The translations under genes were made by a program, and so were the position numbers. DNA of 64,000 nucleotides from an uncultured Gemmatimonas sp. (GTDB lineage Bacteria > Gemmatimonadota > Gemmatimonadetes > Gemmatimonadales > GWC2-71-9), in the NCBI GenBank assembly GCA_964619465.1, contig CAZUES010000015.1:29101-93100 (forward strand). The letters are read 5' to 3'. Below are positions 8,501 to 16,112 of the stretch, one piece after another (within the stretch, counting starts at the first letter, position 1; every line of letters begins with the position of its first letter). The notes beneath the pieces are model-generated. The model saw only the letters and a program-made list of their open reading frames with translations. It had not been told where the DNA came from and made no database searches.

Positions 8501-9708
8501 GAAAGGGAGGGAGCAAGCGCGCTCAGCTCGGCAAGGGTGCCTGGCGCGATGGCGCGCCAGCCGGGAAGCGTGAGCGCTTCAACGGTGTCACTGAGGAAGG
8601 CGTGATCGACCTCGCGTTCTCCGGGAATCGCGCTGACCATGGCGATGACGCCACGTGAAGGGCGGAGCCGATTGGCCAGTTCGTGGAGCAGGCGCGTCTT
8701 GCCGAGCCCCGCCGGTGCGGTGAGGTGCACGTGCATGGCGCGAGTGTCCTGGCAACGCTGCCAGGCATCCAGAAGCAGGGCAAACTCGCGCTCCCGGCCG
8801 ACCAGCTCGGTCACGAGCAGGTCGCGTGGGGAGTCCGGAGAGCGGAGCGGAACCACGGCCTCGGATTGGTGGATCTTGGCGATGAGGCGTTCGGTGGCCG
8901 GCTCGATGTTTTCGCCGCCGCCGGCGAGCCGGGTGAGGAGCTGGTCGGCCTCGAGCAGGGCTCGGCTGCGGTTGCCGGCGGTTAGCAGAGCTTCGAGGAG
9001 GAGGCACCAGGCGGCTTGCGATTCGGCGCAGCAGTCGCGGGCCCTGTCGGCAAGTCGGACCGCTTCCTTGGTCTCGGGCCGGTCGAGTGCCTGCCGAACT
9101 GCCGCAGTTGCGGAGCGGAGGAAAGCGAGCTTGAGACGTTCCCGTTCCAGGTCAGCCCATTGCTCGAAGCCAGCAGCCCCGGGCGCAGCATATCCGGGAA
9201 AGAACGCCCCCATATATAGGTCGACGGCATCGGCATCGCGACCCTCCTGTATGGCAGTGAGAAAGAGGTCCCGATCCGACGTGAGGTCGAGAACGAGCGC
9301 CACAGCGCTGTCTTGGCCTCGCGACGCGACGGGGTCCTGTCCCAGGTCCCCTCGAAGCCGGTACAGCAGCTGACGGAGCGCTCCCTGAGCAGGCCTGGGC
9401 CCGCTGTTGTTCCAGAATTTGTCGATGAGCTCGTCGCGGCTGGCTTCGCGATTGGGGAGGCAATGCAGATAGGTGATAAGGGCTAAGCCCTTACCCGCCG
9501 CTAAAATCTCGACCGGTTCCTGTCCGAATTCTGGACGGTACCCGAGGAGGCGTGTCGATCCTAGCGTAACGAGCTTTAACCTCCCGTCGACCGTGACCGG
9601 GGGCTTGCCAGGAGGGCTTGAAGCCATCGTGTGACGCTCGTGTGATGGTGACCGTTGCAGGTTGTTCGAAACCGTTGGGGTGCCCCGCAGATCGGTGCCT
9701 TGCCCCAC
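5587..9708 (-). CDS. Membrane-spanning multidomain regulator: SARP-type winged-helix + BTAD, STAND/AAA_16 ATPase, TM helix, TolB-like PD40 propeller, Big_2, LamG-like domain
   Basis: 1373-aa ORF; the start is more likely MASSPPGKPP at 9627. The N-terminus is a SARP-like wHTH/BTAD (SRDELIDKFW...GALRQLLYRLR...QWADLERERL). Walker A is LTAPAGLGKTRLL (GLGKT = 8695..8709) and Walker B is AILLDDLHWAD. The TM helix is RRALVAGLVLLLVAAVSWFMLT (about 7411..7476). PD40 motifs are DISPDWSPDGKFLVF and GPAWSPDGTHIAF, followed by an Ig-like segment and a jelly-roll-like C-terminus. Confidence 0.8.
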   Translation of the reverse strand: MGQGTDLRGTPTVSNNLQRSPSHERHTMASSPPGKPPVTVDGRLKLVTLGSTRLLGYRPEFGQEPVEILAAGKGLALITYLHCLPNREASRDELIDKFWNNSGPRPAQGALRQLLYRLRGDLGQDPVASRGQDSAVALVLDLTSDRDLFLTAIQEGRDADAVDLYMGAFFPGYAAPGAAGFEQWADLERERLKLAFLRSATAAVRQALDRPETKEAVRLADRARDCCAESQAAWCLLLEALLTAGNRSRALLEADQLLTRLAGGGENIEPATERLIAKIHQSEAVVPLRSPDSPRDLLVTELVGREREFALLLDAWQRCQDTRAMHVHLTAPAGLGKTRLLHELANRLRPSRGVIAMVSAIPGEREVDHAFLSDTVEALTLPGWRAIAPGTLAELSALAPSLSAHRRDHGGGRSGIGSTATLIQAITELVSCVAGETPLAILLDDLHWADDQSLQIINGLLNRLKSERVLIVTTARPVARTLPASAATQVVELTPLSTDALLGMLSSLGADVGAYEVTALAEMLHHKSKGSPLLVLELLHLAMQQGRLRIDETGWTWTNPAAALRDIGDDDPLRLRIEGLPARARNLLLLISAAQAPLPLDVLSSVDADARYVLHQLEKDGLIVRAGPLLQATHDEIAATVLRTISADENRDAHTILGEWLATRLENDRTAFQRAAAHFREAQQRDRLVALFRAQVETVRRHGSTVPLRDLARSALGPSATPREQSELIRSLGGARRMTYSSSSRRALVAGLVLLLVAAVSWFMLTRPEVPPTAVLLLAEGTPAPGDRVRIYGFPIREDRWSGPDTISLREGRVLGRLPPGRKPYYTMALHPEGALAYDEITADSGGIDLMLLERSGRVRRLTATPGDDISPDWSPDGKFLVFATARWTPRGDEDSDLGVLDLETGVIRQLTRGPDYDTGPAWSPDGTHIAFDRIETMTGVVRPCIVTFDGLVERCAPSTLDERWRHHGWRNPDQVMLSSMSTDVQSPMATWHIPGNSLALGRPLPVILEKASSGSTLASSVAISSPDRVRLVIDRERPGDRSLVTPSAAGTVTGWFVPAERRQYIHDVTIEPRGISAVVGVSHRLRASGRDVLGRSVALTSTALRWATHDSTIATIDSSTGELFPREEGTVRIDVSLGGWRQASTEITITSNRVEHVFGEAWEESLASRWASYGDPRPSIVAAPDGTPALLNGGDQTFSSGIVSIGAVSAPAFGFEALVSTPIERPKWQRLLLEMGVYPDTNHSGAIGAAACGFLTPIGEGVAQMQRYSLHVGSRRLIAAGAEHLVSGTWYRIRLQIFPDATCGVAVDGMPMIRDYTGMSPESDWRIVISGQTVATQMLVGPLNAWTGVKTDMDWNSTYSSVPTFSSVPTLR
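5594..5629. repeat. Perfect 18-bp tandem direct repeat (AACGTTGGAACACTAGAA x2)
   Basis: Read directly: unit 1 at 5594..5611 and unit 2 at 5612..5629. It is AT-rich compared with its surroundings. An inverted copy of the TTGGAAC core (GTTCCAA) lies at 5638..5644. Confidence 0.95.
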
Positions 9709-10058
9709 CCGTCACACGGAATGGTCCAAACCTTCAGTCGGCCTTCGCACCGCTGAAGCTACGGATCAGTGGCTGAGGGGGCAAGCACCTTTGCTGTTCC
9801 GCTCGTCGCCCGAGATCGCGAGGGAATTCGTCGTTCGCCGTGCGCTGATGGCGTTGGGTACGCTCATGCTGGCTGCTGCAGCTGCGTATGGGCGGACTAG
9901 CGCCAGGGCCGAGGAGGTACTGCCCCGATACCTCGGTTGCCTAGTTGGTTCAGTCGAAGTTGGCCGATCCATGAGCATTCGGGAAACGGAGCGGTCTTGT
10001 GATATGTCATAGTGGCAAGCACGAGTAGTCGAGCATGCTCATGATCATGGAGGAGCAC

Positions 10059-10850
10059 ATGAAGCGAGTTGTTAGTGGGATTGCTATGGTTGCGGTAGTC
10101 GGATGCACTCAGGTGCCGATCAACACCACTCCAACGGCGACCCGACAAACGCAGTCGGTGAAAGTGCCCGAACTGACGGCGGCCGTTAAAGGACAGGATT
10201 CCCAGGAGAAGGATGGTATCCGTGTCACCGTTACGCCCGAGCCGTTCAGACTCGAGCGCACTTACGAGAGCACGTTTCGGGCGGTACGCCGTACGATAGA
10301 ACTCGGTCAATATCGTCCCGTGCAGCGGCGAGATGTGGTAACACCCGACCTCCAACCTGAATCCCTGATATTCAAGGTGAGAATCGCCAACGGACTCGGT
10401 CGAGTAATCCGACTTGCAGGTTCAGTCGTCTCGTTCCAGATGGCAGGCAAGAACGTTTCGGTTCCGCAGGAAGACTATGCGGAGTTTCTGAGCGGGATCG
10501 TCCTGCCTCGACAGGAAACGGAGCTGACCTTGAGAGGCCCATATCTCGGGAGCTTTGCCGGACCGGATCTCAACGGCCTGGCCGGTGACACTGCGACCGT
10601 TGCTCTCCTGCTCTACGATGTCGTTACCGCGACGGACAACGCCGGCAATCCCACGAAGCGTGCCAACTTTGAATACTACTATCGGCTCCGTCTGGTGCCG
10701 CGCCCGGACAGCGTCGTTGCCACAATTACCTCACTCTCCGTGCCGGTGGCCTGGTGGAACCACATTGCTACACAACAGCAAGGTGACGTCAGTCGCTGGG
10801 TCAGAGTGCCCCAACTGGAATGCCTGCCCAACTGCGGGAACGAACAGTAG
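10059..10850 (+). CDS. Lipoprotein of unknown function
   Basis: ORF 10035..10850. I chose the start MKRVVSGIAMVAVVGC at 10059 because GGAGGAG lies just upstream and there is a lipobox (VVGC). I recognised no domain. Local GC is lower. Confidence 0.7.
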   Translation: MKRVVSGIAMVAVVGCTQVPINTTPTATRQTQSVKVPELTAAVKGQDSQEKDGIRVTVTPEPFRLERTYESTFRAVRRTIELGQYRPVQRRDVVTPDLQPESLIFKVRIANGLGRVIRLAGSVVSFQMAGKNVSVPQEDYAEFLSGIVLPRQETELTLRGPYLGSFAGPDLNGLAGDTATVALLLYDVVTATDNAGNPTKRANFEYYYRLRLVPRPDSVVATITSLSVPVAWWNHIATQQQGDVSRWVRVPQLECLPNCGNEQ

Positions 10851-10917
10851 GCGTAACCACAATCCGAGAGCCCAGGAATGATCGACTGACCCTCACTATC
10901 TGAAAGCGAGAGATGCG

Positions 10918-11421
10918 ATGATCTGCCCGGCATGCACCAAAGAGATCTCCGCCGACGGTTACTTCTGCCAGTGGTGCGCGGCGTACGTCCCCGCGCAGCA
11001 AGTCGGCCACAAGGCCAGTGTGTTCCGGCGCTTCGTTGCGTTTGCCCTCGATCCTGTGATCGCACTGGTGCTGTACTTCCTAGGGCTCGGCCTGATCGGT
11101 GGCCTGCTCGGACCGGACTTAGGTGCCGTCGCGGCAGTGCTCCTGCCGATTGCGTATTTCATTTGGTATCTGAGTCTGATGCGGAAAGGACTGAGCCCGG
11201 GTAAACAGTTGCTGGGTCTCCAGGTCGTAAGTCAGCAGACGGGCGCAATTCCAGGGTTCGCAACGATGTTCGTCCGGGAGATCGTCGGCCGTTTCCTGAG
11301 TGGATTGGTGTTTGGGATCGGTTATCTCTGGGCGCTGTTCGATAAGAACGCACAAGCGTGGCACGACAAGCTTGCGGGGACTGTCGTCGTTGCCGTCGCC
11401 AAGAGTCCGACCGCAACCTGA
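10918..11421 (+). CDS. Zinc-ribbon + RDD family membrane protein
   Basis: The N-terminus has CPAC-x12-CQWC. The RDD-type membrane core contains FRRFVAFALDPVIAL and the terminal motif WHDKLAGTVVV. Confidence 0.8.
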   Translation: MICPACTKEISADGYFCQWCAAYVPAQQVGHKASVFRRFVAFALDPVIALVLYFLGLGLIGGLLGPDLGAVAAVLLPIAYFIWYLSLMRKGLSPGKQLLGLQVVSQQTGAIPGFATMFVREIVGRFLSGLVFGIGYLWALFDKNAQAWHDKLAGTVVVAVAKSPTAT

Positions 11422-11501
11422 ATCTGCCGCATGGCCGACAGTGTTCGCCACCCCGCATTGGAAGTGCGGAAACGGGGCTCGGGCTCACAGGAGGAGGAAC
11501 G

Positions 11502-14216
11502 ATGGCGTGCAATCGGGACCACGGTCACGCTTTTCGCTGTGGGGGCGGAGCACATTGGTATAGGCTTGCTTCGTGGATCGTGCTGTGTTGCATGGTCGCC
11601 GGGTGCAAGCGCACCGACGACATCGCTGGCGGGCCAGCGACGGGAACGCTCAGCGGGATCGTCGTCGCGGACGCTGAGACTCCGCTTGCCGATGCAACTG
11701 TAGAAGTCGTCGGTTACCCAGCCATTGTCTCACAAAGGACCGATGGCACTGGAGCGTTCTCGCTCGGCGTCGTGCCCGTAGGGATATATGATCTACGAGT
11801 GACTGCGCCGCCAGGGTACGAAGCTCCCCCAAGTGCCGCCACACCGTCCCACGATAGGAGGGTATGGACCGTTTCCCAGGTTCCGGTCCGTCCGTCGCTG
11901 GTAACTAACGTCACGATATCAGCGCTAGGTGTTCGTGAACGGACTCGCATCCTGCAGGCCGGCACGGTCGATACGGTAGTGCTGGCGGACGGAGGTATCG
12001 CTACTGTAGCTGTTCCTCCAGGTGCCTCCGTATCGGCAACTGTGGCGAGTGCGCCCTACCCGGTTGTGGTCATCGCCAGGGATCTCTTCCCCGTCGCAAA
12101 GACGATCCGTATCCGACTTGCACCCGTCGCCAACCGAGCAGCCATGTCCCAACATGGTCGCAGATACAGTACTCAGTCCGCCGATAACGGGCTGAATATT
12201 TCCCTTTCGATTGGGTCGCTACGGGTGAACTCGTCACAGCCCGTGCGTGCGGTACTGACGACGCTCGCGGACCCGGATGTCCTACTTTGGGCCACCGCGA
12301 CTAGCACGGTTGTCCAGACTCACGGCCAGACTTGGACGGTTCCGCTGACCGCTTTCTCACTGTCGGTAGCGGAACCCGTCGATATCTCTGTAACGCTGAT
12401 TGAATCTGCTGGTGGCACTCCGTGCCCATTGCCGCTGCATTCTCTCCGGCCACTCGACGAGACTCCGCTGAACGGTCGAATCCCGCTAATTCTCGTTCAT
12501 GGTTGGCAGCCGGAGATGGTAAGTTGCAACCAGTGGCTCAAGTTCATGTCCCAGTCGGATCCCTTCGATGCGATGATTGCGGAGGTTGTATCGGACGTCC
12601 CAGTGGCAGCGCAATACAAGCCATACATCTTTCGCTATGCGACCTACGAGCGTGTGATGATCGCGAGCGACGCCCTGGCAATAGAAGTCGAAAAAAACGG
12701 GCTCGTGAGACCTGTCCTGGTCGGGCACAGCATGGGCGGGCTGGTCGGGCGCGGCGTCATGGCCTTACGCGGCCCAGACGCGCTGCGTGGGCTGATCACG
12801 CTAGGTACGCCCCATGAAGGAACGCCGCTTGCCAACAGGATTATCGACGGCGGCAAGACGGATTGCGTGCTAGCCAGACTCCAACTACTCGGTGGCGAGT
12901 TGGCTGCGGTACTTGCGCCATCATCCGGCGGACTTGCAGATTTGCGTACCGATAGCGAGCTCATTGCCCTTCTACGCAACGAAGCGACCCGACCACGCAA
13001 TCGAGTGTTTGCTATCGCTGGAACAAACGATGCGACCTTGGACCTAATGTACGGACGGTTCGCTTGCGTACTCCGAGAACTGGGAGCCGGAAAAGGCGAT
13101 GGGGTCGTTCCAACAAGCAGTGCGGCACCGCCGTGGGCTACGCTGCGTATCGAGCGTGACGGCCATGATCACACGGAGATGGCGAAGGGAACGCGGGATG
13201 GCAAGCTTTTCGACGATGTTCGAGCGGCACTGATCGGCATCGCGGCATGCGGCACGCCGCCCTCCCGACCTACCAGCAATGCGTTCCCGCTCTCGGCCAG
13301 TATCGACCGTCTCGGCAACGACACGGTGAACATCATTGTTAATCCGATCCATGTAAACGGTAGCCCAATCGTCGGGCTTACGTCAGCCAACTTTGAAGTC
13401 ATCGAGAACGACTGTAGCCGACCGTTCGTCACCACGACAGGGACGGCCCCCGTTCCAGTCGACGTGGTCTTCGTACAGGATCTGTCTTCATCGATGCGTT
13501 CTGCTATTGCGGGGGTACGCAACAGCGTCATCGCGTTTGCCCGAGATCTCGCGGAGCGCAACCTTGAGGTTCGGATGGCGTCGGTCGGATTCTCAGGACC
13601 TGGAAACATTCCGTCAACGCCGCCAACCTCGCGAGATGAGTTTCTCGGTCCGGTCCAGGATTTTACAACACCGGCAGTGTTTCAGCAGCATGTTGCCAGT
13701 CAGTGGCGGGAAGTCGGCGGCGCTGATCCTCCGGAAAATGGGCTCGAAGCAATCGAATACGCTCAGCACTCACTGTCCTGGCGACGAGAAGCCGCCCGGG
13801 TGTATATCCTGATTACAGATGCATCGCTGCATACTAAGAATACGAGCTGCAACGGACGCGGACCGTGTACGGATCATGACCTAGTCAGCATTATGGCGCT
13901 GGTAGGTAGTTCGGCAACGGTCCATGCCGTTGCGTCGTCAAGGAGCGAAGAGCGGACGACTAGCGGTGGACTCGATCCGTGGCTGCTCGCCGATGCGTTT
14001 GGTGGGCGAAAGCTGACGCTCGGTACGGGCGGCACGGTCGATTTGCCCTCTCTGGGAATCGCTAGTGTGATCGGTCAGCTAACACGACTGACCTTCAAGT
14101 CACTTTCCAAGGAGAAAGCGTGGCACGATCTGCGAGTTCGTGTGACGCTTCCTGATGGCCGAATTGCGGAAATCGCTCCAGGAGTCATCCAATACTCGCC
14201 ACTACCTGGGCAATGA
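11502..14216 (+). CDS. Lipoprotein fusing a CarboxypepD_reg-like domain, an alpha/beta-hydrolase (lipase/PGAP1-like) and a C-terminal vWA domain
   Basis: ORF 11358..14216, trimmed to the ATG at 11502 (AGGAGGAGG upstream; signal/lipobox LCCMVAGC). The CarboxypepD_reg-like segment is GTLSGIVVADAETPLADATVEVVG...GIYDLRV. The hydrolase shows LILVHGW, the nucleophile elbow VGHSMGG (Ser codon 12729..12731) and LGTPHEGTP. The vWA MIDAS motif is VFVQDLSSSM (13479..13496). Confidence 0.8.
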   Translation: MACNRDHGHAFRCGGGAHWYRLASWIVLCCMVAGCKRTDDIAGGPATGTLSGIVVADAETPLADATVEVVGYPAIVSQRTDGTGAFSLGVVPVGIYDLRVTAPPGYEAPPSAATPSHDRRVWTVSQVPVRPSLVTNVTISALGVRERTRILQAGTVDTVVLADGGIATVAVPPGASVSATVASAPYPVVVIARDLFPVAKTIRIRLAPVANRAAMSQHGRRYSTQSADNGLNISLSIGSLRVNSSQPVRAVLTTLADPDVLLWATATSTVVQTHGQTWTVPLTAFSLSVAEPVDISVTLIESAGGTPCPLPLHSLRPLDETPLNGRIPLILVHGWQPEMVSCNQWLKFMSQSDPFDAMIAEVVSDVPVAAQYKPYIFRYATYERVMIASDALAIEVEKNGLVRPVLVGHSMGGLVGRGVMALRGPDALRGLITLGTPHEGTPLANRIIDGGKTDCVLARLQLLGGELAAVLAPSSGGLADLRTDSELIALLRNEATRPRNRVFAIAGTNDATLDLMYGRFACVLRELGAGKGDGVVPTSSAAPPWATLRIERDGHDHTEMAKGTRDGKLFDDVRAALIGIAACGTPPSRPTSNAFPLSASIDRLGNDTVNIIVNPIHVNGSPIVGLTSANFEVIENDCSRPFVTTTGTAPVPVDVVFVQDLSSSMRSAIAGVRNSVIAFARDLAERNLEVRMASVGFSGPGNIPSTPPTSRDEFLGPVQDFTTPAVFQQHVASQWREVGGADPPENGLEAIEYAQHSLSWRREAARVYILITDASLHTKNTSCNGRGPCTDHDLVSIMALVGSSATVHAVASSRSEERTTSGGLDPWLLADAFGGRKLTLGTGGTVDLPSLGIASVIGQLTRLTFKSLSKEKAWHDLRVRVTLPDGRIAEIAPGVIQYSPLPGQ

Positions 14217-14290
14217 GTTCGTCGGACAGCATGATCGCGGGAGCATTGCCTCGGCCACCGGGTTCAGTGGACAGCTCTGGCGGGATGTGA

Positions 14291-14410
14291 CGAACTCTGC
14301 CCCCACTTGCTCCATGCCACCCGCCAGGCCGTAATCATTCGATTTTGACGGAGAGGAGGATGGATTTCCCGGACGCGCTACATCTCGCCAGGTCAAATGC
14401 GGCCGCTACA
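14291..14410 (+). pseudogene. Possible decayed fragment of a PIN-domain (VapC-like) toxin gene
   Basis: The frame of ORF 14345..14599 reads ...SILTERRMDFPDALHLARSNAAAT... This resembles the G(L/M)DFADALHLA(S) motif near the C-terminus of one PIN/VapC subfamily, which I recall from memory. There is no intact N-terminal part, and the expected downstream ATFD motif is absent. Confidence 0.25.
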
Positions 14411-14544
14411 TGGGCGTGCGGGAGGTGTAACGGCAGAGTTTCCAGGCCACATCAATCTATGCTGTCCGATCGGCTTGGGATCGGTTCTGATCGGGCTATG
14501 ATGATAACCGGTTCTCGTCGAATACGGATCTATATTTATGCCCC

Positions 14545-14835
14545 ATGGCAGATTCTCACTCACCCGGAGGGGCAGCGCCCCGGACCTGGGCTGGCTTGAC
14601 CTTCGGGCTGGTCGGTCGAGCCCTGATCAATCCGAGGCTTGCCATTGACCTGCTTCGGATGGCCTGGTCCTTCCGCCGCCGCTTCTGGTGGCGGACCGCG
14701 CCTTTCCTGCCGGTGCCCGATCCGGCCTACCTGCGCTGGCGGATGTACACCGCCTACGGCAGTGAGGATGCCATCCCCCCGATCGACGACATCGTGCGGT
14801 TCGCGCGCTGGCGCCGGGAGACCATGCGGCTGTGA
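14545..14835 (+). CDS. Small Trp/Arg-rich hypothetical protein, translationally coupled to ndh
   Basis: 96-aa ORF. Its stop overlaps the GTG start of the next gene (GTGA at 14832..14835). I recognised no motif. Confidence 0.55.
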   Translation: MADSHSPGGAAPRTWAGLTFGLVGRALINPRLAIDLLRMAWSFRRRFWWRTAPFLPVPDPAYLRWRMYTAYGSEDAIPPIDDIVRFARWRRETMRL

Positions 14836-16112
14836 GTCGGCCGCGCGTAGTGGTGGTGGGTGGCGGGTTCGCGGGACTGTATCTCGCCAAGGAGCTGGCC
14901 GAGCGCCCGGTCGATGTCACGCTGATCGATCGCACCAATCACCATCTGTTCCAGCCGATGCTGTATCAGATCGCGACTGCCGCGCTGTCCCCGGGCGACA
15001 TCGCCTCGCCGATCCGATCGATTCTCCGCCGCGCCAGGAACATCGAGGTGTTGCTGGGCGAAGTGGCCACCATCGATCGAGGAGCGCGGTCGGTCACCCT
15101 GGTGGACGGGACCGTCCTCCCCTTCGACTATCTGGCCGTCGCCACCGGAGCCCGCCACTCCTATTTCGGGAAGCCGGAGTGGGAGTCGCTGGCTCCCGGA
15201 ATCAAGGATCTGGACGACGCGCTGGAGGTCCGGCGCCGGATCCTGCTGGCGTTCGAGCGGGCCGAGCGGGAATCGGACCCGGTTGCTCGGCAGAAGCATC
15301 TCACCTTCGTGGTGGTCGGCGGCGGTCCGACCGGAGTCGAACTGGCCGGTACCTTGGCTGAGATTCGGCGGTTTGCCTTGCGTCGCGATTTCCGGCGGAT
15401 CGATCCGCGAGACGCCACCGTCATGCTGCTGGAGGGCGGGCCCCGCCTGCTGCCCTCGTACCCTGAAGAGCTGAGCCAGAAGGCCAAGCAAACGCTCCGG
15501 GAAATGGGGGTCGAGGTGCGCACCGAGACCTTCGTCACCGCTATCGAACCTGGCTTCGTCACCGCCGCCGATTGGCGGATTCCCGCCGAGACGATCCTCT
15601 GGGCTGCGGGCAATCAGGCCAGTCCGATTCTCCGGGCGCTCGAGGTGCCGCTCGATCGGCAGGGGCGGGCCATTGTCGAACCGGACTGCAGCATCCCCGG
15701 CGATTCCAAGGTCTTCGTTTTGGGCGACGCCGCGGCACACCTGCACGGGAAGGCCCCGGTGCCGGCCGTCTGCCCGGCCGCGATTCAGATGGGCAAGTAC
15801 GCGGCGCGGGCCATTCTTGCGGACCTGGCTAGCAAGCCGCGAACCCCGTTTCGCTATCGCGACAAGGGCCAGCTCGCCGTGATCGGACGAGGCCGAGCCG
15901 TGGCCGACATCGGACGCTTCGAGACCGACGGCTTCGTGGCGTGGCTGCTCTGGATCTTCGTCCACATCTTCTTCCTGATCGGGTTCCGCAATCGGGTCGT
16001 GGTGCTCTTCGAGTGGGCCTGGTCGTTCATCACGTTCCAGCGGGGCGCGCGTCTGATCACCGGTATCTGGCAGCCCGGTGTGCTGGACCGCCCGGCCGGA
16101 GACGACTCGTGA
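14832..16112 (+). CDS. ndh: Type II NADH dehydrogenase (NDH-2), FAD-dependent pyridine nucleotide-disulfide oxidoreductase
   Basis: RVVVVGGGFAGLYLAKEL is the first Rossmann fold and FVVVGGGPTGVELAG the second. The length is 426 aa and the C-terminus is hydrophobic. Confidence 0.9.
   Translation: MSRPRVVVVGGGFAGLYLAKELAERPVDVTLIDRTNHHLFQPMLYQIATAALSPGDIASPIRSILRRARNIEVLLGEVATIDRGARSVTLVDGTVLPFDYLAVATGARHSYFGKPEWESLAPGIKDLDDALEVRRRILLAFERAERESDPVARQKHLTFVVVGGGPTGVELAGTLAEIRRFALRRDFRRIDPRDATVMLLEGGPRLLPSYPEELSQKAKQTLREMGVEVRTETFVTAIEPGFVTAADWRIPAETILWAAGNQASPILRALEVPLDRQGRAIVEPDCSIPGDSKVFVLGDAAAHLHGKAPVPAVCPAAIQMGKYAARAILADLASKPRTPFRYRDKGQLAVIGRGRAVADIGRFETDGFVAWLLWIFVHIFFLIGFRNRVVVLFEWAWSFITFQRGARLITGIWQPGVLDRPAGDDS

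Noticed and set aside
9848-10012. 54-aa ORF with a signal-peptide-like start (MALGTLMLAAAAAYG...) in the divergent intergenic region of the islet.
   Set aside because: There is no RBS, codon usage is mediocre and no motif is present. It sits where the promoters and operators of the flanking genes are expected. It cannot be supported from sequence alone.
5587-14544. Mobile-element hallmarks around the lower-GC islet (integrase, transposase, tRNA target, long flanking direct repeats).
   Set aside because: I found none. Only the 18-bp tandem repeat on the left and a doubtful PIN fragment on the right are present. I therefore describe the block as compositionally atypical, not as a defined genomic island or mobile element.
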